This document shows, in pieces, positions 40,548 through 48,428 of a stretch of 48,428 bases of DNA; within the stretch, counting starts at the first letter, position 1, and each line of letters begins with the position of its first letter. Origin of the DNA: Dehalococcoidia bacterium (GTDB taxonomy: Bacteria > Chloroflexota > Dehalococcoidia > GIF9 > AB-539-J10); NCBI GenBank assembly GCA_030665785.1, contig DAOUZA010000003.1:1-48428 (forward strand). Reading direction: 5' to 3'. The translations under genes and the position numbers were made by a program. The notes beneath the pieces were generated by a model. It worked only from the letters and a program-made list of their open reading frames with translations, was not told the origin of the DNA and did not search any database.

Positions 40548-40592
40548 TTTGTTAATTTGGAAATACCACTTAAAACCCCGCTCACAAGTACT

Positions 40593-43019
40593 TCAATCTG
40601 CCATACGGTTCAGGGTAGCCAGGGAGACTACGCTATCATCCTCATCCAGTGTCATCAAATGCACTCCTCGGGTATTCCTGCTTTGAATTGAGATTTGCAC
40701 CATAGGTATACGCACTACATTACCTCTGCTTGACAACATTACTAAGTAACCATCTGTTGAAACTAGCTTACACCCTGCTAATTTACCGGTCTTCTCCCCC
40801 ACTCTGTGCGCTCGGATTCCCTTACCACCTCGCTTGTGCATTAAATAATTCGGGACTTTAGTCAACTTGCCAAAACCACGCTGTGTTACGGTAAGCAAAC
40901 ACGCCCCGGGAAATACGACTCCCATACCTACAGCACTGTCGTCATCCAGGCGGATACCACGAACACCACCGCTAATTCTGGACGCAGCTCTCAAATCACT
41001 AACCCTACACTTAATAGCCCGCCCCCTTTCGCTTACTATAATAACCTCATCTGAATTAGTAGCTACTCCAGCTGATATTAGCTCATCTCCCTTATTAAGT
41101 CTCATACCCACAATACCTTTCTTCCTAATCTTGGCAAACTTATCTAGGGAGGTTTTTTTAATCATGCCAGCTTTGGTAGCCATCACCAAGAACTTGTCTG
41201 ACGGGAAATCTGTTGAAGCTACCATTGCGGTTATTTTATCCTTTAGAGCAATAAGCAATAAATTGACTAGTGCGGTTCCCTTAGTACCTCGAGACAAACC
41301 TTCAGGAATTTCGTAGCACTTGAGCGAATAAACTTTTCCAGAAGCAGTAAAGAAAAGCAAGTTATCATGGGTATCAGCTATTAAGATGTGTTTTATAGAA
41401 TCAGCTTCGCGAGTCGCCATTCCCATGACCCCTTTTCCACCACGATGCTGCAACCGATACATGCTAACCGAAACTCTCTTGATAAATCCTTGATTAGTCA
41501 AGATAACCATCACTTTTTGGTGAGGAATAAGCTCTTCCTTACGAAATTCAACCGCCTCCTCTTCACTAATTATGGTCCGCCGCTGGTCACCATGCTTGGA
41601 TTTCAATTCAACAATCTCTTGCTGAATAAGGAACAATACCTTCCTGGGATTAGCCAACAAATCCTCTAAATAGGAAATATTGCTTATTACATCCCTATAT
41701 TCCTCATCAATTTTCTCTCGCTCTAAGTGAGCCAATCGTCGAAGTGGCATGTCAAGAATAGCTTGCGCTTGAATTTGGGACAAGCTAAAAAACGAGGCTA
41801 ATTCGCTGCGAGCGGACTCAACTGTTTCGCATTTTCGAATTATGTTGATCACCTGCTCTAGATTATCCAAGGCAATTTTAAGTCCCTCAAGTATATGTGC
41901 TCTCTCTTTAGCTTTGTTTAGCTCAAATTGAGAGCGTCTGGTGATAATCTCTTGACGAAAATCAATGTAACAAATCAGAGCTTCCTTGAGATTAATAAGC
42001 TTAGGTTGTCCATTAACTAAAGCTACCGTATTAATGAAAAAGGCAGTTTGCATTGTAGTGTTCAGGTAAAGGTTGTTAATTATTTGTTGGATAGGTGCCT
42101 CTTTCTTAACTTCGATAACAATTCGCATACCTTCTCTATCTGACTCATCACGTACTTCGCTGATACCATCAATCTTTCTTTGCTTAACTAGCTCGGCTAT
42201 CCTCCCTACCAAAGCTGATTTGTTTACCTGATAAGGGAGCTCAGTGATGATTATCTGCCTTCTACCCCCCTTGGTAGTCACTTCATTAACTTTAGCCCGA
42301 ACCACAATTTTCCCCTGTCCAGTGGCATAAGCATTCTTTATTCCTTCAGTGCCTAAGATAATGCCCCCGGTAGGAAAATCAGGTCCTCTAACAAACTCCA
42401 GAAGTTCCTCCACAACAGCATCAGGATTGTCAATCAAATAAGTGATGGCATCACATACTTCAGCAAGATTATGTGGCGGTATATTAGTTGCTATACCTAC
42501 AGCTATACCTGAAGAACCATTAACCAACAGATTAGGTAATCTTGCTGGCAAGACGGAGGGTTCCTTAAGAGAAGCATCAAAGTTAGGCACAAAATTAACA
42601 GTATCTTTGTCAATATCAGCTAGCATCTCCTGTGAAATCTCAGCGAGCCTGGCTTCGGTATATCGCATTGCTGCTGGTGGGTCATTATCGATACTGCCAA
42701 AGTTACCCTGTCCGTCGATTAAAACGTATCTCAGGGAAAAATTCTGTGCCATCCGCACCATAGCTTCATAAACAGGAGCATCACCATGAGGGTGATATTT
42801 CCCCATAACCTCCCCGACAATTCGAGCACTTTTCTTATGTTGACTATTATGACGTAACCCCAGTTCATTCATAGCGTAGAGAATACGTCGTTGTACCGGC
42901 TTCAAGCCATCTCGTGCATCAGGCAATGCTCGGGAGACAATAACACTCATAGCATAGTCAAGGTAGGAGCTTTTCATTTCCTCTTCGATATTAACAGGCT
43001 TTACTATTCCTACTGCCAT
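40593..43019 (-). CDS. gyrA: DNA gyrase subunit A
   Basis: [28 protein letters not shown], GyrA-box QHRGGKG. Confidence 0.98.
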   Translation of the reverse strand: MAVGIVKPVNIEEEMKSSYLDYAMSVIVSRALPDARDGLKPVQRRILYAMNELGLRHNSQHKKSARIVGEVMGKYHPHGDAPVYEAMVRMAQNFSLRYVLIDGQGNFGSIDNDPPAAMRYTEARLAEISQEMLADIDKDTVNFVPNFDASLKEPSVLPARLPNLLVNGSSGIAVGIATNIPPHNLAEVCDAITYLIDNPDAVVEELLEFVRGPDFPTGGIILGTEGIKNAYATGQGKIVVRAKVNEVTTKGGRRQIIITELPYQVNKSALVGRIAELVKQRKIDGISEVRDESDREGMRIVIEVKKEAPIQQIINNLYLNTTMQTAFFINTVALVNGQPKLINLKEALICYIDFRQEIITRRSQFELNKAKERAHILEGLKIALDNLEQVINIIRKCETVESARSELASFFSLSQIQAQAILDMPLRRLAHLEREKIDEEYRDVISNISYLEDLLANPRKVLFLIQQEIVELKSKHGDQRRTIISEEEAVEFRKEELIPHQKVMVILTNQGFIKRVSVSMYRLQHRGGKGVMGMATREADSIKHILIADTHDNLLFFTASGKVYSLKCYEIPEGLSRGTKGTALVNLLLIALKDKITAMVASTDFPSDKFLVMATKAGMIKKTSLDKFAKIRKKGIVGMRLNKGDELISAGVATNSDEVIIVSERGRAIKCRVSDLRAASRISGGVRGIRLDDDSAVGMGVVFPGACLLTVTQRGFGKLTKVPNYLMHKRGGKGIRAHRVGEKTGKLAGCKLVSTDGYLVMLSSRGNVVRIPMVQISIQSRNTRGVHLMTLDEDDSVVSLATLNRMAD

Positions 43020-43030
43020 TGCGTCTCACC

Positions 43031-43834
43031 TCACTCGATATCCTCGACTACTGAAAAGCCATCTGGCAACATTTCTTCAGAAGAGTCCTCGACCTCCTCC
43101 TCAAAATGCTCGGCTTTTCCTTCCTTGTCACCGATACCCCACCTGAGCAATTTCCCCCCGGCATAAGGATGGGAAGAATCAGCGATCTTACCTAGAAAGG
43201 AAGGAATACCACTCTGACCAGGATGTTGATATACCTCTTTAATTATTACCTGAATCTTGGTTGCTTCCATACCAAAAATGGCAGCTACATACTTATTGTC
43301 GCCTTTTATAAGCTTCACGAGGCGCGAGCTATGTTTAGGCTCTACTTCGCCGAGATATATCCCATCTCCACTTGTAATGACCAACCGCTGTTCTTCCAGA
43401 TTCAACTGTACTTGGTCACCTTGATTTACTCTAGCTAATACCTCGCTCGGGGCTAAATTATGAAGGGTTACTATTCCAGACTTGGTTGATTCAGCAACAA
43501 AAAGCTCAGGGATAATTCTACCTACTTTATTATTAGAACCTACCTTAGATTCTGGTAAGCTATCCAAACGAGTAATATTTTTCTTGGCAATAGCATTAGC
43601 TGGTGCGAGTTCCAGCGCTGTGAGATAAGCTTCTCGTGCTTGGGCAATTTCCCCCAATTCTGTCAAAGCTCTGCCAAGACGATTATAAGCCTTAATATCA
43701 TTAGGAAATCTTTCAATTATCTCCCTGTTTAACTTCGCAGCTTCTTCCCAGCGTCCCTGGACAGCCAAATTTGTCGCTTCCCTACTTAATCGCTGCCTTT
43801 GTAAAGACTCATCTTCCTCCAACTGATAAGGCAT
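43031..43834 (-). CDS. TPR-repeat protein with a C-terminal HIRAN-like domain and acidic tail
   Basis: WEEA..LN, AYNRLGRAL, ALELAP.N.IA TPR pattern; C-terminal domain assignment is inference. Confidence 0.7.
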   Translation of the reverse strand: MPYQLEEDESLQRQRLSREATNLAVQGRWEEAAKLNREIIERFPNDIKAYNRLGRALTELGEIAQAREAYLTALELAPANAIAKKNITRLDSLPESKVGSNNKVGRIIPELFVAESTKSGIVTLHNLAPSEVLARVNQGDQVQLNLEEQRLVITSGDGIYLGEVEPKHSSRLVKLIKGDNKYVAAIFGMEATKIQVIIKEVYQHPGQSGIPSFLGKIADSSHPYAGGKLLRWGIGDKEGKAEHFEEEVEDSSEEMLPDGFSVVEDIE

Positions 43835-43887
43835 CTTCAGTCACCTCACACAATACTAGTATAAGCAAATTGCTGTAGCAAGTAAAG

Positions 43888-44484
43888 TCAGCCACCCTGT
43901 AAACTCACTGTAAATAGCCGGGAATAAACAGGTCCCTCAGGCCTTAGCTGACTCTTCATTAAGTTAATAGAATTTACAGTAATATGGCATCTGCTTTCAA
44001 ATTTGGTAGAGCTCAATAACCGCCCGAGGTCTTTTCTATCACCTAATGAGGCACTATCTCTAACACGGGCCAGCGTCAAGTGTGGCACAAATGATTGATT
44101 TTCTCTAGCAAAGCCCAGGGGAACAAGTTTGGAATCCACCCTTCGCTGTAAATCTAAAAGCTTGCCTGTTTCTCCGCTGATACCAACCCAGATAACACGT
44201 GGCTGCGCCATCTTCGGAAAGGCTCCTAAACCTGAAATCTCCAATCGAAACGGAGAAATTCCATGCACAGCTTCCTTTATAGCTTCAGTTATCTCGATTA
44301 CCTGATTACCAGGGACGTTACCTAAGAATTTTAAGGTCAAGTGAACATTCTCAATGTCCACCCACCTAACGAATGGATGCCTAGCATCCATAAGTTTACT
44401 GCCCAATTGCGCTAACTCATACTTAACTTCACGGGGTAATTCGATAGCGATAAAAGAACGAATCCTTTCACGTTCAAATGTCAA
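43888..44484 (-). CDS. thpR: RNA 2',3'-cyclic phosphodiesterase (2H family)
   Basis: RSFIAI, HLTLKFLG, PRVIW, PHLTLAR, GPVY. Confidence 0.93.
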   Translation of the reverse strand: MTFERERIRSFIAIELPREVKYELAQLGSKLMDARHPFVRWVDIENVHLTLKFLGNVPGNQVIEITEAIKEAVHGISPFRLEISGLGAFPKMAQPRVIWVGISGETGKLLDLQRRVDSKLVPLGFARENQSFVPHLTLARVRDSASLGDRKDLGRLLSSTKFESRCHITVNSINLMKSQLRPEGPVYSRLFTVSLQGG

Positions 44485-44649
44485 TCTTCTCCTCCATTAG
44501 CACAGAGTAATTCGAGCACCACTGAATCTCTAATCTCAATTTTATATTCAACCACAAATTTTTGGAAAATATTTCACTTATCATATAGACATTATAAGTC
44601 ATCTTTATTTACAATAGTTAGATTAACGATATTTAGTGCCACTGAGCAA

Positions 44650-45516
44650 ATGTCAAATAACATCAAAGTAGCTTCTCAAGATACCAGGGGTACTAATGTC
44701 TTCGACTTCTCTGTGCCTGAGCTTACGGAGATGACAAAAAAGCTACGACGCCATATAATCACTATGATATCTACAGCAGGCAGTGGACATCCTGGAGGCT
44801 CTTTATCAGCCGTAGATATCATCACTGCACTTTATTTCAAAATTATGCACCATGACCCACATAACCCCAGATGGAAAGACCGTGACAGATTTATATTAAG
44901 CAAAGGGCATGCTGCTCCAGCCTTATATGCTGTTTTAGCTGAAAGTGGCTATTTCCCTGTAGAAGAATTGACCACGTTGAGAAAACTAGATAGCCGCCTT
45001 CAAGGACACACTGATAGAAACCTTACTCCCGGGGTGGAAATGTCAGCAGGCTCTTTAGGTCAAGGTTTATCCTTCGGCATCGGTATTGCACTGGCTGCTA
45101 AGCTTGATCACCATGATTATCAAACCTACGTTCTCCTCAGCGATGGTGAATGTGAAGAAGGCCAAACTTGGGAGGCAGCTTTATCAGCCGCGCACTTTAA
45201 ATTGGATAACTTGAATGCAATTATTGACCGCAATCAACTGCAACTTAGTGGCTGGACTCAAAATATTATGGACATTGAGCCGTTAAATAAAAAATGGCAA
45301 GCTTTCGGTTGGCACACCATTGAGATAGATGGCCATAACTTCGACCAAATTTTAACTGCTTTCGAGGAAGCTAAAGCAACTAAAGGTAGGCCAACTGTTA
45401 TTATTGCACATACCACTAAAGGTAAGGGAGTTAGCTTCATGGAGAATAATGTTGAATTTCACGGCAAGGCGCCTACATTAGAGGAAGCTAAAAGAGCATT
45501 AAAGGAACTGGAATAA
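44650..45516 (+). CDS. Transketolase N-terminal (TPP-binding) subunit
   Basis: GSGHPGGSLS, DRFILSKGHA, GSLGQGLS, SDGECEEG..WEA, HGKAP. Confidence 0.93.
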   Translation: MSNNIKVASQDTRGTNVFDFSVPELTEMTKKLRRHIITMISTAGSGHPGGSLSAVDIITALYFKIMHHDPHNPRWKDRDRFILSKGHAAPALYAVLAESGYFPVEELTTLRKLDSRLQGHTDRNLTPGVEMSAGSLGQGLSFGIGIALAAKLDHHDYQTYVLLSDGECEEGQTWEAALSAAHFKLDNLNAIIDRNQLQLSGWTQNIMDIEPLNKKWQAFGWHTIEIDGHNFDQILTAFEEAKATKGRPTVIIAHTTKGKGVSFMENNVEFHGKAPTLEEAKRALKELE

Positions 45517-45518
45517 TA

Positions 45519-46457
45519 ATGACTGTGGAAGCATCTACCCGCGAAGCCTATGGCAGAACGTTAATTGAACTAGGCAAACAAAACAAAGACATTATTGTTT
45601 TGGATGCTGATTTATCATTGTCAACGATGACTCACTTTTTTGCACAAGAGTTTCCCGAGCGCTTCTTCGACTGTGGTTTAGAGGAACAAAACATGATAGG
45701 CATAGCCGCTGGTTTGGCTGCCTCAGGGAAAACCGTTTTTGCCACTTCTTTTGCTGTTTTTGCTTCATGCCGATGTTTTGACCAGTTGAGGATGTGTATC
45801 TCCCAACCAAAGTTAAATGTCAAGATGGTAGCCACCCATGGTGGCATTAGTGTTGGTGAAGATGGCACTTCTCATCATGCCATTGAGGATTTATCCTTAT
45901 ATTGCTCCCTCCCCAGCTTTACCGTTATTGTCCCCGCTGATGCCATAGAAACCACTGAGGCAGTAAAAGCAGCTGCAGCCACCTACGGACCTTTTTACAT
46001 TAGATTAAGCCGTCCTAAAACACCGCTCATCTACCGCAAAGGCCACCATTTCACGGTGGGTAAGTCAATAACCATGAAACAGGGTAAAGACATCACCATT
46101 ATAGCCATGGGCATTATGGTAGCTAAAGCTTTAGAGGCAGCAAAGATGTTGGCAGACCAGGGAATAGGCTGTCGCGTAATTAATATGCACACTCTCAACC
46201 CCCTGGATGAGGAAGCTATAATTAAAGCAGCCTCAGAGACAAAGGCCATCGTCGTTGCTGAAGAACATTTGGCTCATGGCGGCTTAGGTAGCCGAGTTGC
46301 CCAAATAGTAGCTAGAGAAAAACCAGTGCCTATGTCCTTCGTCAATCTTAAAGACCGCTATTCTTTATCGGGGAAACCCGGGGAGCTACTTCAAAGAGCG
46401 GGGCTGACCGCGGAAGGTATCGAAGAAGCAGTAAAGCAAGTTATTCAAAAGAAATAA
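45519..46457 (+). CDS. Transketolase C-terminal subunit
   Basis: DADL, EQNMIGIAAGLA, GEDGTSHHAIED, EEH...GGLGS. Confidence 0.93.
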   Translation: MTVEASTREAYGRTLIELGKQNKDIIVLDADLSLSTMTHFFAQEFPERFFDCGLEEQNMIGIAAGLAASGKTVFATSFAVFASCRCFDQLRMCISQPKLNVKMVATHGGISVGEDGTSHHAIEDLSLYCSLPSFTVIVPADAIETTEAVKAAAATYGPFYIRLSRPKTPLIYRKGHHFTVGKSITMKQGKDITIIAMGIMVAKALEAAKMLADQGIGCRVINMHTLNPLDEEAIIKAASETKAIVVAEEHLAHGGLGSRVAQIVAREKPVPMSFVNLKDRYSLSGKPGELLQRAGLTAEGIEEAVKQVIQKK

Positions 46458-46515
46458 GCTTTCTTTTTTGGAGATGCCTAGCTAGGTTTGGCATCAAGAG
46501 CGCGGCACGAAACAG

Positions 46516-47214
46516 CTAATCTTCCAGGATAACCCTGGCATCCAAAGCTATAACCTTATCCTTATAGGCGAATATGGGGTTAAGGTCAAGCTCTTTAATT
46601 TCAGGGGTTTGTTCTACAAACTGTGATACTCTGACTATTAAGTCTTCAAGAGCAGCGATGTTAGCTGGTTCTTGTCCCCGGTAACCTTCCAATAAGGGGT
46701 ATCTCTTTATCTCCCTAATCATCTCCGCAGCATCTTCCCGAGTAATCGGAACTATTCTGAAGGAAACATCCTTTAGTAACTCTACCAGAATGCCACCGAG
46801 CCCAAACATAATCACTGGCCCAAATTGAGGGTCCTTGCTCATGCCGACAATTACCTCGGTGCCCGGACGAGCCATTTTCTGCACGGTTAAACCATGAATG
46901 ATAGCACCGGGATATTTATGCTTTATGGATGACATGATTTCAGCATATGCCCTGCCTGCTTGGGTAGCGCTAGCAATGTCCAATTTAACACCACCGGAGT
47001 CACTCTTATGCACAATATCCGGCGACGCAATTTTAAGCACTACCGGGAACCCCAACTCTTTGCTTACAGAAATAGTTTCTTTCCTGGTTTTAACCAATCT
47101 CGTTTCAATAACCGGTATGCCAGCTTGCTTGAGCAATTCTTTAGATTCAAATTCCGTTAATACTGTCCTTCTCTCCGTCCTCGCCTTATCCAAAATTGTG
47201 GTTCCCGCTGTCAT
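46516..47214 (-). CDS. acdB: Acyl/acetate-CoA ligase (ADP-forming) beta subunit (ATP-grasp)
   Basis: GFPVVLKI.SPDI.HKSD.GGV, DPQFGPVIMFGLGG, ELDLNP, DARV. Confidence 0.9.
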   Translation of the reverse strand: MTAGTTILDKARTERRTVLTEFESKELLKQAGIPVIETRLVKTRKETISVSKELGFPVVLKIASPDIVHKSDSGGVKLDIASATQAGRAYAEIMSSIKHKYPGAIIHGLTVQKMARPGTEVIVGMSKDPQFGPVIMFGLGGILVELLKDVSFRIVPITREDAAEMIREIKRYPLLEGYRGQEPANIAALEDLIVRVSQFVEQTPEIKELDLNPIFAYKDKVIALDARVILED

Positions 47215-47262
47215 ATTTCCCTATTCCTCCTTTTATTTAGAATAAATGCTTGGCTGACTCAC

Positions 47263-47329
47263 TGCCGAGGGAGGGACTCGAACCCACACTCCCCTTCGGG
47301 AAACGGATTTTAAGTCCGCCGCGTCTGCC
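47263..47329 (-). repeat. 67-bp exact duplicate of the 3' part of tRNA-Leu(TAA) (att-like)
   Basis: Identical to 48290-48356; lacks the 5' acceptor strand and start of the D-arm. Confidence 0.93.
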
Positions 47330-47358
47330 TCTCCCTTACTCTATTATGGAAAGTTGCT

Positions 47359-47691
47359 TTATGGTCGAAGGAAACCTACTATCTCTTTAATTACTTCATT
47401 CATCTTCTCAGGTTTGAGATGACCAGCTCTATACAGGATGATGTGGCGGTCTGCCGTAAATATGCGGTTTGGTCGCAAATTGCTCCTTTGCCTGAGTGTC
47501 CCAGTTTCAAAATCATTCTCATCAATTGGAACCGCGTATCTGTCTCTAACTGAGTGGCTAGTTATCTGGCAGAGAATTAAATCATCCCCTTCCAATTCTG
47601 CAATTACTAAAGCTGGTCGTCGTTTAGCTCGAGTTAAATCTGAGAAGGGGAAAGGAACAACCACTACATCCCCTTTTACAAATCTCTCCAT
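47359..47691 (-). CDS. PemK/MazF-family type II toxin
   Basis: KGDVVVVPFPFSD...KRRPALVI...ITS. Confidence 0.9.
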   Translation of the reverse strand: MERFVKGDVVVVPFPFSDLTRAKRRPALVIAELEGDDLILCQITSHSVRDRYAVPIDENDFETGTLRQRSNLRPNRIFTADRHIILYRAGHLKPEKMNEVIKEIVGFLRP

Positions 47692-47870
47692 GCTTCATTT
47701 TCCTCAGGTTTCAGCCAATCTTTTTTAAGAGATGTTTCGCTTGCGATTGCTAGCCCCATCTTTTGTTCCGAAGTTTTAGCCTCTAAAAAGCGTATAAAAT
47801 CCAATATCTCTATGAGATAAGGCTCAGGAAGTTTTTCTATCTCCTTAAAAATTAATTCTCGCGCTTTCAT
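47676..47870 (-). CDS. DUF2281-like putative antitoxin
   Basis: IEKLPE..L.EILDFI.FL ... SETSL.KDW..PEENEAW.DL; SD AAGGAGGT before ATG 47870; overlaps the toxin start by 16 nt. Confidence 0.75.
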   Translation of the reverse strand: MKARELIFKEIEKLPEPYLIEILDFIRFLEAKTSEQKMGLAIASETSLKKDWLKPEENEAWRDL

Positions 47871-47963
47871 TTTTTCTACCTCCTTAACCTTATTTTCAGG
47901 CTGTTTAATTTTGATTCCCCGTTCAATTTCAGCCATCTTGGAGGTGTTTCACCCCCAAATTTT

Positions 47964-48015
47964 TGTAGTTGCCTGATTTATCAGGCACAGTCGCCCAATA
48001 AATTGGGCAACTACA
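47964..48015. repeat. Inverted pair of GTAG-type REP-like palindromes
   Basis: TGTAGTT-GCCTGATTTATCAGGC-acagtc-GCCCAATAAATTGGGC-AACTACA. Confidence 0.75.
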
Positions 48016-48289
48016 TTTTTAAACAGCCCCCGTATTTACAATTCCAGTGCCAAACAAATTCGATAATTAGCTATACAGGTGAGCTCAAAATTCGCCCCAT
48101 CTGGTCTACCCTGTCAAATTCTAATATGTGCTGTAGTATTTGTCCAAATTCATCATGTTAGGCTTCAGATTAAATGAAGCAACAAGAATAAAAACACCTG
48201 AGGTTACCATTTCTCTGAGCACTGCAAGAAGTGCGTTTCGCATAATGTTCCAAGCTTTGTAAAAGAGGCATTTTGGACTAGTAGTTCAG

Positions 48290-48372
48290 TGCCGAGGGAG
48301 GGACTCGAACCCACACTCCCCTTCGGGAAACGGATTTTAAGTCCGCCGCGTCTGCCATTCCGCCACCTCGGC
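48290..48372 (-). tRNA. tRNA-Leu(TAA), CCA not encoded
   Basis: GCCGAGG/CCTCGGC acceptor, GCGGA-CTTAAAA-TCCGT anticodon arm, long variable arm, GGTTCGAGTCC. Confidence 0.96.
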
Positions 48373-48381
48373 AAAGCAAAA

Positions 48382-48428
48382 AGGCGGCGAGCGGATTCGA
48401 ACCGCTGTATCGGGGTTTTGCAGACCCC
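48382..48428 (-). tRNA. tRNA-Cys(GCA), 5' part beyond the window
   Basis: GGGGT-CTGCAAA-ACCCC anticodon arm, GGTTCGAATCC T-arm, U discriminator. Confidence 0.9.

Larger units (their letters stand above)
47263..48356. mobile_element. tRNA-Leu-integrated mini-island carrying a toxin-antitoxin pair, no integrase
   Basis: 67-bp direct repeats flank 960 bp containing an antitoxin, a PemK/MazF toxin and a REP-like palindrome. Confidence 0.75.

Noticed and set aside
11872-43019. Inteins or introns in recA or gyrA
   Set aside because: Both have normal lengths (334 and 808 aa) and contiguous motifs
46473-46495. GATGCC/GGCATC hairpin between the convergent transketolase and acdB genes as an intrinsic terminator
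   Set aside because: Short stem, long loop and no downstream U-tract on either strand
47263-47329. Second tRNA-Leu gene
   Set aside because: Lacks the 5' 16 nt (acceptor strand and start of the D-arm), so it cannot fold as a tRNA; treated as an att duplicate
1358-47728. Numerous antisense or alternate-frame ORFs in the track (e.g. 2105-2557, 8322-8795, 27252-27857, 39686-40267)
   Set aside because: Shadow ORFs of well-supported genes with no independent motifs
47871-47936. N-terminal extension of the antitoxin given in the ORF track
   Set aside because: A strong SD (AAGGAGGT) precedes the internal ATG at 47870, and the family-like sequence begins there

Overview
Mostly core-genome window that looks like a Chloroflexota/Dehalococcoidia-type bacterium (inferred from protein style and gene order). 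It contains acdA, a deacetylase, hemW, secDF, cca, a GT4/methyltransferase group, recA-recX-oadG-oadB and tRNA-Ile. These are followed by the str-S10-spc-alpha-rplM/rpsI ribosomal supercluster, a radical SAM gene, gyrA, thpR, a split transketolase, acdB and tRNA-Leu/tRNA-Cys. Four things stand out. (1) At 15054-19084 an archaeal CetZ-like tubulin sits next to two unrecognised long-repeat helical proteins (25-aa and 22-aa repeats), a candidate cytoskeletal/cell-shape locus. (2) A 31-aa bS22/mS38-like ORF missing from the ORF track lies inside the S10 operon between rplW and rplB, while rpmD (uL30) and tuf are absent from the cluster. (3) A ~1 kb integrase-less toxin-antitoxin mini-island is bounded by a 67-bp duplication of tRNA-Leu. 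(4) Two kinds of palindromic REP-like elements occur. All calls come from reading motifs by eye; no searches were run.
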